Of a stretch of DNA of 64,000 nt, positions 25,835 to 39,282 are shown one piece after another. The position numbers and the translations under genes were made by a program. The DNA comes from Octopus vulgaris (taxonomy: Eukaryota): contig OX597816.1 in assembly GCA_951406725.2 (NCBI GenBank), positions 93,682,001-93,746,000 on the forward strand, written 5' to 3'. Below the pieces are notes generated by a model. That model saw only the letters and a list, made by a program, of their open reading frames with translations. It made no database searches and had not been told where the DNA came from. The stretch's first letter is position 1, and every line of letters starts with the position of its first letter.

Positions 25835-27019
25835 CTGTAACTAAGCAAGAGAAACAAAAGGGTGAGAGAGAAAGAATGAGATAGATAGACAGAGTGAATG
25901 AGTGGCGACTGATCGCGAGACTGAATCAGCGCTAACAACTACAAACTCGTACTTTTATCACAACTAATCATTTTTCTTTGTCTTCCATTTGTTTATCTGT
26001 CTTTAAAGTATTTATGTCTCCGTTTACCTGTTTTTACACACACACACACTCACACGTTCACACACATACACACACATACTGAGAAAGAGAGAGAGTAAGA
26101 GAGAGAGAGAGAGACAACATACCCACGTACACACGCGCGCAGACATAGATGCACATACTCATGTGTGTGTATAGATATATATGTGTGTATATGCACCAAA
26201 ACACAAACAAGAGGTAAGAAAGGGGAATGGCAGTAAGCAGAAAATGATTTAGGGGGGATGGATGGGTAAGTGTGAAAGGTTTCTTATTCTAAAGGAGCGG
26301 ACAAATCCTTATTTGTGAAGTTATTACTAATACTTTACATGCATTAATCCTCACCGAGTGTACAACTGAATATAACACAGTGCTTTATCCTCTCAGTGCT
26401 TCTTAGATTTTATTAAACTAAAAACAAAATTCCTGTAATGTCAATATAGCAGTTTTGTTATTGTTGTTTTCTTAGTTTTAATTTTTTAAACTTCCTGTTA
26501 CTTTACTAGTCTCATTTGAGTGGACGGTCTCCCGCTTTCTGACTGGCGTTGATTTACTTTGATATAATATCACTGGAGTGCTTCGAACCTGCTGACCTCA
26601 CCTTCACGGAGACTTTCCTCATCAAGAAGACGCCATTAGAGAGATTAAACATATGAAGAAGAAGAAGAAAAAAAACACTAGGATTAGTTGGTACAAAAGA
26701 AAAAGAAGAAAAAAACGGTGGATATTAAGAAAGAAGAAAAGAGAATAAAGTGGTGGTGGTGGTGGTGATGGTGGTGGTTGTGGTGGTGGTGGTGGGGCTT
26801 ACAAATCTGGGAATCACTTAGGGAAGTGAGAATATGTTATTATTTTATGCGATACCCAACTAAGAAAAACAATATCGAAAATTCATAGAATGATGTCAAA
26901 TGAGTTGTTTTCGTTGAGGTTGCAATTAATTCAAACACATGATTTCTACAGTGTAAAGTGGTGTTTACCCCTAGTACGCTTGTTCTACTTCCCTTTAGAT
27001 TTACATACATTTGTGTGTA

Positions 27020-27640
27020 TTCTTTTATTCTTTTACTTGTTTCTGTCATTTGACTGCAGTTATGCTGGAGCACTGCCTCGAGGCGTTTTAGTCAACAAAT
27101 CGACCCCAGGAGTTATTTTATTATTATTTTTAGGCCTGGCACTTATTCTATCAGTTTTATGGTTGAACCGCTAGGTCACGGGGACGTAAACACGCCAACA
27201 CCGGTTGCCAAGCGGTGATGAGGTGGGGGCGACAAACAGAATAAGACACACACATGTACAAATATATACGACGGGTTTATTTCAGTTTCCGTTTACTAAA
27301 TCCATCACAAGGCTTTGGTCGACCCGAAACTATTGTAGAAGACACTTGCCCACGGTATCACACAGTGAGACCGAACCCGGAACCATATAGTTTGGAAGCA
27401 AGCCACACCTGCATATATATATATTCTTTTCTTTTATTCTTTTATTTATTTCTGTCATTTGATTGCGGCCATGCTGGAGCACCGCCTTTAGTGGAACAAA
27501 TCAATCCCCAGGACTTATTCTTTGTAATCCTAGTACTTATTCTATCGGTCTCTGTTGCCGAACCGCTAGTTTACGGGGTCGTAAACACACCAACATCGGT
27601 TGTCAAGCAATGGTTGAGGAACAAACACAGACACACACAC
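27020..27640 (-). mobile_element. Two adjacent SINE family B copies
   Basis: Repeated ttgtttctgtcatttga..gc.g..atgctggagcac blocks at about 27035 and 27450; the head of the first copy is at about 27340-27412. Confidence 0.85.
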
Positions 27641-27977
27641 GAAAATATATTTATATAATTCCAAGATATTAAGGGATGTGAATTCAACCAACTAAAGGAT
27701 AATAGCTATCCAGTATACTGATGGTAGAATACCCAATTATTAATGCACAAGTGTGTGTTTTTTTTCACTGCATGGTAATTACACTACCGAATGTAATAAA
27801 CGGGTGAGGGTAAAAAGTTGTTTTCCCTTTAATTTATTCGGCAATAAGAAAATGGAGGGGATCAAGAGGTTGTATTCATCTACTTTTAGACATTATATTA
27901 TGTGTATTTATTTATTTATTTATTAAAAAACTGTTATAACAATATACATACATGTATAACATATTATACACACACGC

Positions 27978-28280
27978 ACCTTTGTGTTGGGGGCTCCTTC
28001 GTATTGGAGGTCATCTTGACCTTGTTATCTTCCCTACTTACCTTCTCCCGTCTAACTATTCTGTCCGAAGTCAGACGCCATGATAGATCGTTAGCTACTA
28101 CACACATTTTTTCTCTCCTTGTTTCTCTCCTTGTTTTTTTCTGTGTATCTTTCTGTAGAAGAGCGTAGGCTCGAAACGTAAGAGACTTTTTCTATTCCTG
28201 AGCGCTATACTAATACATCTGTTTGTTTGTACTCCGCTTGCCTTCGTCTTTTGTTTATTTTCGTAAACTTTCCCTTTATA
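27978..28280 (+). mobile_element. Penelope-type solo terminal repeat with HHR motif (28148-28185)
   Basis: Homologous to 14520-14715. ucuuu-CUGUAGA-a-GAGC guag GCUC-GAAACGUA-agaga. Confidence 0.8.
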
Positions 28281-28357
28281 ACATATTATGCTTTACATAT
28301 ATAAAAATATCAGTAATTATTAAAATATATAACGTAGAACATAGAGAGTAGAATAGT

Positions 28358-28481
28358 TTCTTACAGCTGTTTCAGCCAAGAGGTCATAGTACCCCACTTT
28401 ACGTCCATTCCTTCAGTGAACTGAAGTATTTGGTAGATAAGATTGAGGTACTTGGGTGTGCCTCTGGGCTTCGTCAGAGAG
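28358..28481 (-). ncRNA. Type I hammerhead ribozyme with canonical core and extended stem II
   Basis: ucu-CUGACGA-AGCCcAGAGG...(about 75 nt)...CCUCUuGGCU-GAA-ACAGCUGU-A-aga. The core is intact, stem III is the palindrome ACAGCUGU and the triplet is GUA. Confidence 0.7.
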
Positions 28482-28610
28482 TTTAAAATGTTTATAAGGT
28501 TAAGTAATAAATACAAATACGTACATATATACACACTTTTATATATACATAACTATACATAAATACATATCTATGCATTTATATATGTGTATATGCATAC
28601 AAAGGAATCA

Positions 28611-28647
<37 letters not shown>

Positions 28648-28841
28648 GGTGTATTATATTATTCTTATTAGATAAAGTATAAACAGAGGAAAGAGAAAAT
28701 TATCAAAAGAGAAATAATAGCGGAATTTAAGTAATCAATCTGTATTAAGATCATTGCAGTTATGTAGGAATGAAAAGGTATATAAATGAGGAATACACAC
28801 ATACACACACAAACACACATACACACACACACACACACACA

Positions 28842-28889
<48 letters not shown>

Positions 28890-29015
28890 CATATATATAT
28901 ATTTACGTACAAATATACCCATAGGTACATACATATTTCATGTGTTGAGAAGGGAGGATTACTGTAGTAGTTCGTATTTTTCTTTTTATATAATTATAAT
29001 AATTATACACAAACA

Positions 29016-29109
<94 letters not shown>

Positions 29110-29589
29110 TATATATTCACATGCGATATTTTTTCTATTAAGGGCTTGAGATAAAGGTCCACAATAAGTGGGTTAGAGTTTATATTAATACCTGTGATAT
29201 AAGTCGGTACCAAAACTAATAAATTTCCTAGTATTAATCAAGATACTTTATTATTTTCCGTTACTTTTTGTTGATCGAGTTGCTGAAATCATGCAGGAAG
29301 TGAGGAGGGGGTTATCGTCAGTCCCGTAATCTAATTAGTCATCTATTGTTTTGAAAGGCCATGACTTCGTTATGGTTGGTTAATGGATAACCGATAGCAT
29401 AAACAACAAAGTAGGCAAAAATACATAAATGTATACAAATAAAAAACAAATAATCCAAGGTTAACTATTAGTAGGTAGGATAGTAAAAGTCTATTGACTC
29501 TATTATATTATATTAAATAAAGTTAAGTTAAATAACGCAATATATAAGTAAAATGTGAATGAAGTTATATATATATATATATATATATA

Positions 29590-29654
<65 letters not shown>

Positions 29655-29670
29655 CTTTCTCTCTCTCTCT

Positions 29671-29713
<43 letters not shown>

Positions 29714-29714
<1 letters not shown>

Positions 29715-29919
29715 TTTATTTAAAAGCAGCAGAAATTCAACAAAACCTGTTACTCGGAGTTTCACGTTCCCGTTCGTCGGACAGTTTTTGTTAAACGTGA
29801 AACTCCGAGTAACATGTTTTGTTGAATTTCTGCTGCTTTTAAATAAAGCATATTGCTCTACCCTTGGTATTTGAGTACTCTTTTTTCCACCTTGTTTCAC
29901 ATTTATGTGTTTACTCCGG

Positions 29920-29920
<1 letters not shown>
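29714..29920 (-). mobile_element. Fold-back element (55-bp arms) in (TA)n carrying a compact HHR motif (29742-29788)
   Basis: Arms at 29714-29768 and 29794-29848. Minus strand reads aaaacugu-CCGACGA-ACG ggaa CGU-GAA-ACUCcGAGU-A-acagguuuu. Confidence 0.75.
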
Positions 29921-29952
<32 letters not shown>

Positions 29953-29959
29953 ATATATA

Positions 29960-30023
<64 letters not shown>

Positions 30024-30059
30024 TATTTTAGCTTAAAGTGATATTACTAAGGGGATATG

Positions 30060-30480
30060 GTTTTAATAGACTGCATGTGAAAGAAAAGTTATTACAAATT
30101 TATTTTAAAAAACAGTATATAATAACACATGTATCTGTCTAATTAGAGAAATCTTTTGCATATTTACCAAACCATACGGGTAATATAGGGTTAAAATTAA
30201 ATTTTGGAAGTTATTCGGACTAGATTCAAATAAAGGGCAAAATACCAAAAGTGACCGTACAAGTTGTTTCACTAAGTTATTTATCTCTAAAATTATGTTT
30301 AAAATGTATTCTCCGATAAAATACATTAATTGCAATGCTCCATGCAACAGTGTTTAATTACTAAATTAATGAACCAACTCAATATATATCCTCATCTATC
30401 CTCTTCTATATATATTACTAAATTGTTATTTATTGCTAAAATTATGTTTAATCTTTTTTATCTGACAAAATGCCTCAGGT
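30060..30480 (-). mobile_element. Possible highly decayed GIY-YIG (Penelope-like) fragment
   Basis: LTLYYPYGL resembles the PLE endonuclease C-terminal LxTxxPxGLN; FIGE lies upstream. Weak evidence. Confidence 0.3.
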
Positions 30481-30895
30481 TCAAGACGCTATATATAGTA
30501 TTCAGTCACTTACTGAACCAATCAGTCGTTCAGTTCTTTAAAATATTTATCCGTCGATTTATTCAGTTAATTACTTTTAATGGCATATCTAAGAGGTGTG
30601 GTGATGGTGGGGGAGTTATTAAGCTATAAATAGAATTAAGGGAGGTAACTCCGGGTTATTAGGATCTATAATTAGAATAATGACATACTCAAAAAATTAG
30701 GTCCATTATTCAATCAAACAATCAATTGATAAATTAATTAATTTATTTATTGGTTCAGTAATGGGGTTGCATATCAATGCCTGTATCTATATACATACAT
30801 ATGTATATACAATATATATATATATATATCTACATATATACACAACCATATATATATGTATATATATATATGTATGTATATATATATGTATGTAA

Positions 30896-30951
<56 letters not shown>

Positions 30952-31169
30952 GTATATACCCCACACACATATATACTAGCTTAAATATATAAGAAAAACT
31001 GATTAAGTGCAAATGTTAGTAATAGATAATGTTGTTAATTTATATACTTGTGGATTGTAATTTAATATAAATTATAAGCTAGTCAATGTTTATTTGTTAA
31101 AGGTACTGGCAGAAAATATAAACATAGCTACCTAAACCTATATATGTGTATGTGTATACATACATATAA

Positions 31170-31218
<49 letters not shown>

Positions 31219-31407
31219 AGTGCGTGCACATAGATACATATATACACACATACCCACCTATAATAATACAAAAGTAGCCACAATAGTAATATATATTCAC
31301 ACATACATACATGTATATAATTATAGCTAACTTAATATATATATTCTTTATATATACTTGCATAATTATCATATATTATATAATACAGTATAACATCAAT
31401 AATAATA

Positions 31408-31457
<50 letters not shown>

Positions 31458-31459
31458 TA

Positions 31460-31647
31460 CGACGGACCTCTTAGTTTCATCTAGCAAATCCACCCAAAAG
31501 AATTTGGTCGGCCCGAGGTTACAGTAGAATATACTGCCCAAAGTGCCACGCCCAAAGATCCCGGAGCTATGTAGTTGGAAAGCAACCTACTTATCACACA
31601 GCCATTCTTATATATACATACACACACATATGTATAAATACAAAGAT

Positions 31648-31708
<61 letters not shown>

Positions 31709-31713
31709 CAGAC

Positions 31714-31791
<78 letters not shown>

Positions 31792-32000
31792 GTAAGTATG
31801 CATCTTATATTTTGTCATTTACTTGTTTCAGTCATTAGACCGCGACTATGATGTGGCACCGCGTTGAAGAATATTTAGCCGAATAAATCAACCCCACAAC
31901 ATATTTTATTGGTCTGTTTTGCCGAACCGCTGTTACATGAATATAAACACGCTAACACCGGTTGTCAAGCGGTAGTGGGGAAAAATATAGACACAGAGCA
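31460..32000 (-). mobile_element. SINE family B fragments separated by (GATA)n (31650-31790)
   Basis: Matches to family B head and tail blocks. Confidence 0.7.
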
Positions 32001-32020
32001 CATACACTCACACACATACA

Positions 32021-32067
<47 letters not shown>

Positions 32068-32259
32068 ACACACATACACACACATATATATGTAGCATTC
32101 AGTTAACATTTGCGCCAATAAAAAAATCCAAGCTTCAGAATTTTTCCCAATTCAGCGACGATACAGCCTGTAGCCAACGAATTAGTAAAAATAATCTCTT
32201 TATTATAAAATACAGACCCTCTTTGAACGCATCTACAACAAACGACATATCCACCACGG

Positions 32260-32660
32260 CCTTAGAATAACACAAGCACACACGCAAATATTAAAAATGA
32301 TACATTGAAGAGATACCCAAGAATTTATTAAAAAACAGTTCCAATCACTGCTATAATCCACAACAAGTTACTTTTAGGTCACTTGACTATTTAACATCCT
32401 ACTACTATCATACCACCTGCATTCCCTTATTATTCTCTCTTCTCTTTCTCCTTCTTCTTCTTTGTCTTCTTCCTCTCTGCCACCTCCTTCCTTACTTTAC
32501 TATTATTGCCGTTTAGAATAACACCTACGCAGATATTATAAACACTACATTCAAAAGAGATGTCTCAAAAATTCAATCACTGCTACCATCCACAACAAGT
32601 CACTTTCAGGGCACTTGACCATCTACCACCCTACTACTATCATGGCACCCCGCATTCTTT
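32260..32660 (+). repeat. Diverged tandem duplication (about 250-bp unit)
   Basis: ttagaataacac...caatcactgcta..atccacaacaagt.acttt.agg.cacttgac..t.ta.ca.cctactactatcat occurs twice. Confidence 0.75.
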
Positions 32661-32751
32661 TTCTTCTCTTTCTCCTCCTCCCCCTCCTCCTCCTCCTCAT
32701 CATCATCCTCATCCTTCTTCTACTTCTTTTTCTTTTTCTTCTTCTTCTTCT

Positions 32752-32807
<56 letters not shown>

Positions 32808-32974
32808 TGCTTCTACTTCTTCTTCTCTGCCAAGAATTCACAATGACCTCGAACCCACAAGAGTAAACAAGAGAGCCAGAGACAGGCAGAAACGAGGAAA
32901 TGCTCCTTGTAAGTATACTATGCAAATATTCTTTTTTCCATATATATCAACTCATGTGTTCCTTTTCAACCTTC

Positions 32975-33054
<80 letters not shown>

Positions 33055-33137
33055 TGTGTGTGTGTGTGCGTGTGTATGTATTTGTATATATATATATATA
33101 TATATATATGAATGTATGTATGTATGTATGTATATGT

Positions 33138-33300
33138 ATACGGTAAGCTTCTTTCAGTTTCCATCAACAAAATCCACTCATAACGCTTTAGTTGGCCCGA
33201 TGCTATAGTAGAAAACACTTGACCAAAGTATCACGCAATGGGACTGAAACCGGATCTATGTGTTTGGGAAGCAAGCTTCTTACCACACAGCCACGCCTGC
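33138..33300 (-). mobile_element. SINE family B 5' part
   Basis: cttctttcagtttcc...aaatccactca...cttcttaccacacagccacgcctgc. Confidence 0.8.
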
Positions 33301-33339
33301 TGCTATGTATTCATATGTTTATGTATACAGACATATATG

Positions 33340-33410
<71 letters not shown>

Positions 33411-33553
33411 GGGAAACCACTATGTGGACACCCTTATGCTAGAAATAGATCTACTACGGTCTCACCACTAATAAATGTTCTCAAAAAATTTAGCAAAACA
33501 ACCAAAACGTAATCGAGCAAGACAAAAGTAAAAGTAATAAAAGTATGGATTAT

Positions 33554-33611
33554 TCGTATACATGTTTCACTCTCAATAAATTACGTAATTGTCCGTAGAT
33601 CATCGGTACGA
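33554..33611 (-). ncRNA. Type I hammerhead-like motif (CCGAUGA core)
   Basis: UCGUA-CCGAUGA-ucu...(aauuacguaauu)...agagu-GAA-ACAUGU-A-UACGA. Perfect 5-bp stem I, palindromic stem III, GUA triplet. Confidence 0.6.
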
Positions 33612-34127
33612 CCGTCCATGGTGAATATAAAATGCAGGACTACATACTTGGACGTCCGAACAAAGTCAGACTTCTAAAACAGTCCTGCCCATTACAGTCC
33701 TGTTGGCTGTCCTTCTACTCCTTATTTCCAGCATTCAAACAACAAGATAAGACTTTGAAGGCAGTTGCTCACGCGAACCGAAACAAAAGAAATTGGGAAT
33801 TTGCGGAGGGTCAAAGCTGGTAACAAAAACAGGACATACAACAAATCAAACGAAATGAATACAAACAAGAGGGCCCTTAGGCGCAGACGAGGTAAAAACG
33901 GTGAACGCTTGAAGAAGATTCTTTAATAAGGGAAAAAAGAGACAGATACAAAAGCGTACGAGCTGCGCAGGAGAGTGAAGGAAAAGAAAGTTCACGTGAG
34001 CAAAGGGAAAATGGACGATGGTCACGTGTGAGCAGCGAGAGAGAGTAAAGGAGGAAGAGGGAGGGAGAGAGGGACAGACAGATAGAAATTGGTGAAGGGA
34101 GAAAATAAGAAAGGACGAGAGAGAAAC

Positions 34128-34159
<32 letters not shown>

Positions 34160-34254
34160 GAGAGGGGAGGTGGAGAAGAAACAGTAAAGGATAGAGTTGC
34201 ATCGATTATATTAAGAAAAAACTTACTTGGTAATGAATGCGTTGCGTTCAATCA

Positions 34255-34367
<113 letters not shown>

Positions 34368-34424
34368 CATACATATATAGATACACATATGTACATACAT
34401 ATGTATATATATATAAATGTATAT

Positions 34425-34643
34425 CCCTGTGTGTGTGCTTATATTTGTCCCCCCACCATCGCTTGACAACCGATGCTGGTGTGCTTACGTCCCTGTATCT
34501 TAGTGGTCCGTCAAAATATACCGATAGAATAAGTACTAGGTTTACAAAGAATAAGTCCTAGATTGGATTTCCTCGACTAAAAGCCCTTTAACGCAGTGCT
34601 CCAGCATGGCTGCAGTCAAATGATTGAAACAAGTAAAAGAATA
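34425..34643 (+). mobile_element. SINE family B 3' half
   Basis: gtccccccaccatcgcttgacaaccgatgctggtgtg...gctccagcatggctgcagtcaaatgattgaaacaagtaaaaga. Confidence 0.85.
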
Positions 34644-34960
34644 TCTTTTAAAATTCTAACAAATTCTACAGCCTCAAGCTGAAAGTGTTATTCACAAAAA
34701 GTATATGCATATATATTCTAAGATGATTAGCTTACTATATATATTGATCGATTAAATAAATATCTCCGCGCCACCCTTTTATTAATTCCATGTAAAACTG
34801 CTACTAGTGTTTCATTATCAGTGATAAGATAAACAGGCAACCTTGTTATTTTAATCTGTAACATAATGTGTGTGCGTGTGTGTGAGTGTGTACGTATGTA
34901 TGTATGTATGTATGTATGTATGTATGTATGTATTTATGTATGTATGTATGTACATATATT

Positions 34961-35040
<80 letters not shown>

Positions 35041-35182
35041 TCATGTATATGTGTATGTATGTGTATATTCGGGAACTATTTGCGGTCAATGATTGGTTTG
35101 CTTAAAATGAGTTTAGATTTTTTTTACATGTGTGTATGTCCGTGTGTGTGCCCGTGTGTGTATTTGTGTGAGGGTGCGTGTA

Positions 35183-35233
<51 letters not shown>

Positions 35234-35885
35234 CAGGCAGACATGCAGACAGACAGACAGTCAGGCAGATTGGCAGAGAGAGACAGAGAGAGAATGTGAT
35301 GGTATTACTTGGAGAAGGAAACTGGATGCAGCTTCTCTGTGGAGCAGTCAGCAAGTCGTGAAACGGTCAGGCTGGAGTCACACTACCAATTTTTCTTTTT
35401 TTTTTTTACTCATATCAAAAGCATAGAGAGTATGTATTTACATACTTGTTTACTTTTACATTCAAGTCTTCTAAGATTTAGATGTATTTCACTCCAGATC
35501 CATGCACTGTCGTGCATATAAATCATATAATATACATAGTTCAATTAATGGGGATCAGTCAAAAACACAAAAATACAAAAACAAGTTAACCACCACGGTG
35601 ATAGCCTATTTTCTGACTGCTTTATAAAGAAGCGCACCATTCTATTCTATTGATTTGGGGAGGGAGAAAACCAATACGTTTTCTCAGAGGTGTGCTCAAC
35701 AGGTCGTGAAACAGTCTGTCTGAAGGATACCTCCTCTTTTTTTCCACGCATCAAAACTATAGGAGGAAAACAATGAGATTGTTATCTCTCTCTCAGCCCG
35801 GCTAGCTAATATTTATGCACACAATACATATGTATGCATATTATGTATGTGTGTGTGTCTGTGTCTGTGTGTTTGTGAGTGTGTA

Positions 35886-36694
35886 CGAGGAGGTACCCAA
35901 AAGTAACTGGAAACGTGCTCTGTGGGACAAGCCAATTGCAGTTCGGGCTTCCACCGCTAAAGGCCACTTTATGCAACCCTTAGTCATCGGTCGTAATGTC
36001 GTACTGCAACGTGGTGCGTCTTCATTTTGCAGTGCTTCTACCCTGTTTGTCGATTTTTGCGATGGCTGAAACGAAGGTACAGCGTGCTTCCGTGAAATTC
36101 TGTTTCTGTTGGGGAAAACGGCTTCAAACAGCTTACGAGTTGTTATCACGCTTTAGGAATGCTCACTCGTCGCTTGAAGACCAACCTCGTTCAGGGTGAC
36201 CGCCGACCTCCTGAACGAATGAAAACATCATGAAAATTCATGAACTCAGCTGGGAGGACCGTCACTGAACACTTGACGAACTTATGATTGGTGTATCCTG
36301 GAGCTCCTGCCGACCGAATTTCAGCGAGGAATTGCGAATGAAAAGAGTTGCAGCAAAATTTGTGCCTCGTTTGTTCACTGAATATCAAAAGCAGTCGCGA
36401 CTGAAAGAACAGTTAGAAGTTAAATCTGATTCCTTTTCGAAAGTCATCACTTGTGATGAAAGCTAATGCTACGGAATTTGCAGATGCGGAAGAGGTAAAG
36501 GGGAAAAAAACAAAAACGACTGAGGCGTTAAAAGGCATCACTTTGCAAGAGTTACAGCACTGCTTCGAACAGCGAAAAACGCTTCTGGACCGATGCAGTG
36601 GAGAATACTTTAAAGGCGATAAAAACGTAAACATGTAAAACTAAGTGAATACAACAACGTTGCAAAATTCCGGTTTCTTTTGTGTACTCCTTCG
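35886..36694 (+). mobile_element. Mariner remnant with TIRs, internally deleted
   Basis: TA|cgaggaggtacccaaaagtaactggaa ... ttccggtttcttttgtgtactccttcg|TA. Peptides LEDQPRSG, RMKRVAAKFVPRL and KVITCDES. Confidence 0.85.
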
Positions 36695-36712
36695 TATATG
36701 TACACATACATA

Positions 36713-37165
36713 CGAGGAGTGTATGAAAAGTCTTGAGCCTCAAAAAAACAAAACAAAACATGGTACAAGACTTCTGATGATTTATTTTTCAACATAGTCC
36801 CCCTCGATGGCTGAACACTTTCTCCAGCGGTGCTGAAGTGTCATTATCCCGGAATAGAATAACTCTTTTGTTTGAGACTCCAAGAAACTTCCTACAGCAT
36901 CTATGATGTCATAGTCACTGGCAAAATGGCGACCAGCCAGGGCTTTTTTCATTTTGGGAAATAGATGAAAGTCAGAGGGGACTAAATCTGGCGAATAAGG
37001 CTGGTGGGGAACAAGTTCGTATCCACAATCACGAATTGTTGCCATGGCAACCACTGCGGTGTGGGCTGGAGCATTGTCGTGATGAAAAAGGACTCCTCTG
37101 GTGAGCATTTTTTCTTTGATTGCTGCAATATCGGAACGGCAATTCTGAGCCTTGTCTTTCACTAC
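36713..37165 (-). mobile_element. Mariner 3' fragment (DD34D transposase C-terminus plus TIR)
   Basis: HHDNAPAH...HQPYSPDLVPSDFHLFPKMK...RWRKCSAIEGDYVEK. TIR TA|cgaggagtgtatgaaaagtc. Confidence 0.9.
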
Positions 37166-37883
37166 TGAAGCGTAACTATACGGATATACGCGTCTGACAG
37201 TCCGATGACGTTATTCAGAGCGCAGCGATGCGCACAAAGACCACATGATCTATATAAGAAGACTTACATCGTGTGATTGACTTACTAGTGCATTGCCATG
37301 AAGGGTTTGGTTGCACAAATCAACAAAAGTACTTATTTCTTTTAAGCAGGGTACTTACTTTACTGTTCTCGTTTCCTAAACCGTTATATCATGGACACTA
37401 AACAAACCAGTATGGTTAAGGGATATACAGTACGAACACGCGCGGGCACGCACACGCATACGTATGCATACATTCACACACATACACACGCGCACACACA
37501 CACACACTTACACACACATGCACACGCATACAACATACCTCTAGAGTTTCTGTGCATATATGTGGGGGAAGAGGCGCGAGTGAGTATATGCGTGTGCATG
37601 TGTGCATGAGTGTATACATCTGTGTATGTGTATACATGTGTGTGTATGTGCGTGTGTAATAAACAAATGTTAGCCGAGAGAAATTAGATATATCTTAGTG
37701 GTACGCATATGAAAAGCATAGACACATACAGGTATATCCAGTACCATACAACATGTATTGTTGATTTATTAAGATTGTCTCCCCCTGTATCCAGAGGATG
37801 TGTCACAGGTACATCTTCTCCATAGCCATCCAATCAATAATAAAGCTTATAAGATTATCGAGGACAGTCGTGTTGTATGTATG

Positions 37884-37916
<33 letters not shown>

Positions 37917-38784
37917 TTCTCTTTAAATATGGAACTAGTAACTACTATTATCTTTTACTGAAGATATTTCTTGATTCTTCAACAATGGACTGCAAACTGC
38001 CATGATCTAGGGATTCCCTTAATTTATCGTTCATGGAACTGCTAACCAACATTATCTTTCATAAGAATGTTCCTTAATTCTTCGATCATCTGGTAAGTAC
38101 TAACATCCTTTTTTAAGAATATACTTTAATTCTTTCTCTCCGAAGACCGTTTAATTGTCTTACAAGGCAATCTTTGCTCAATAACACGAGCTCAGCTATT
38201 CGAGAAACATCTGTAAGAGGCTTTACGTATTATTTCTTAATCCCTTATTTACTCTGCAATTATATTTGAATTATAAATTACATGGTTTAAAGTGATACCA
38301 CATGTTTTGCATGTTCATTCTCTCTAATATATATATATTAATTTATGTGTGTTTGAATTTATACGTGTGTGTATGAGTGTGTGAATTTATACGTGTGTAT
38401 ATATGAATGTATAGATGTGCTTATATATAGATAATACATAAATAAATTATAGAAAACGGAATGAACGACTTTCTTTTTTAAAATCACTACAATTGCTGCG
38501 ATCTTAAACAAAGAATGTCATTCATTCCATTTTGTATCATTCATCTATTTATATAAGCTCTATGGGTACTATGGAATTTCTGATGTATATCCAGTAGCAG
38601 GAGCATATCCACTGTATGATGACATTTGGTAGCCAACAATCGTGGACCGGTTTTGCATCACATTCTACATGATTATTACCCAAATCGTATTTAACTTGAT
38701 TTATTTATTTGTATGCGTACAAATAAGTAAATCAGTGCAAGCGTGTGAATGTATATGAATATACTTAACGCTTGAGCGTATGTA

Positions 38785-38991
38785 CGAGGGGGTGCTGAAA
38801 AGTTCCTGGTTTGGGTAAAAGAAAATACAAGAGATCAGTTAAGATTTTACTCAATATATTCCCCTTTCAGATTTACGCACTTATTGCAACGGTCCTTCAG
38901 TTTTTCCTGAGCCCTGTAAAAGAACTCCGAAGGTTGGGCTTCCGACCAAGCCTTTCGCGATACCAGCCAAGATCTTTTTCAGCACCCCTCA
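38785..38991. mobile_element. Mariner-derived MITE
   Basis: TA|cgagggggtgctgaaaagttcctgg ... ccaagatctttttcagcacccctca|TA. Confidence 0.85.
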
Positions 38992-38992
38992 T

Positions 38993-39178
38993 ATATAAGG
39001 GACTAGTTAAAAACAATATTCATTACATATAAATCTTTTATTACAGCAAATTCGGCTTACAGCTGTTTCCAGTAGTCATTATATATCTATAATGATTACT
39101 GGAAACAGCTGTAAGCCAAATTTGTTCTAATAAAGGGTTTATATGTAATGACCATTATTTTAAACTTGTCTCATATAT
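38993..39178. repeat. Palindrome (about 90-bp arms) containing only the 3' half of an HHR motif
   Basis: cttacagctgtttccagtagtcattata-tatc-tataatgattactggaaacagctgtaag. GAAACAGCTGTAAG is identical to the 28.36-kb HHR tail. Confidence 0.8.
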
Positions 39179-39282
39179 CACTCTGTAAAAAAACCCAGTT
39201 AATCTATAGAAATGTGATGAACCATAACTTCGGACTCTACCAAAAGATTTCTTGGAGTTCTTCACTTATCTAAGTAATATTC

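Noticed and set aside
26340-26650. Additional minus-strand coding exons
   Set aside because: Donor-like sites exist, but there are in-frame stops and no clear acceptor/ORF combination.
36782-37162. SETMAR-like gene
   Set aside because: Only a mariner C-terminal fragment next to a TIR; no SET domain.
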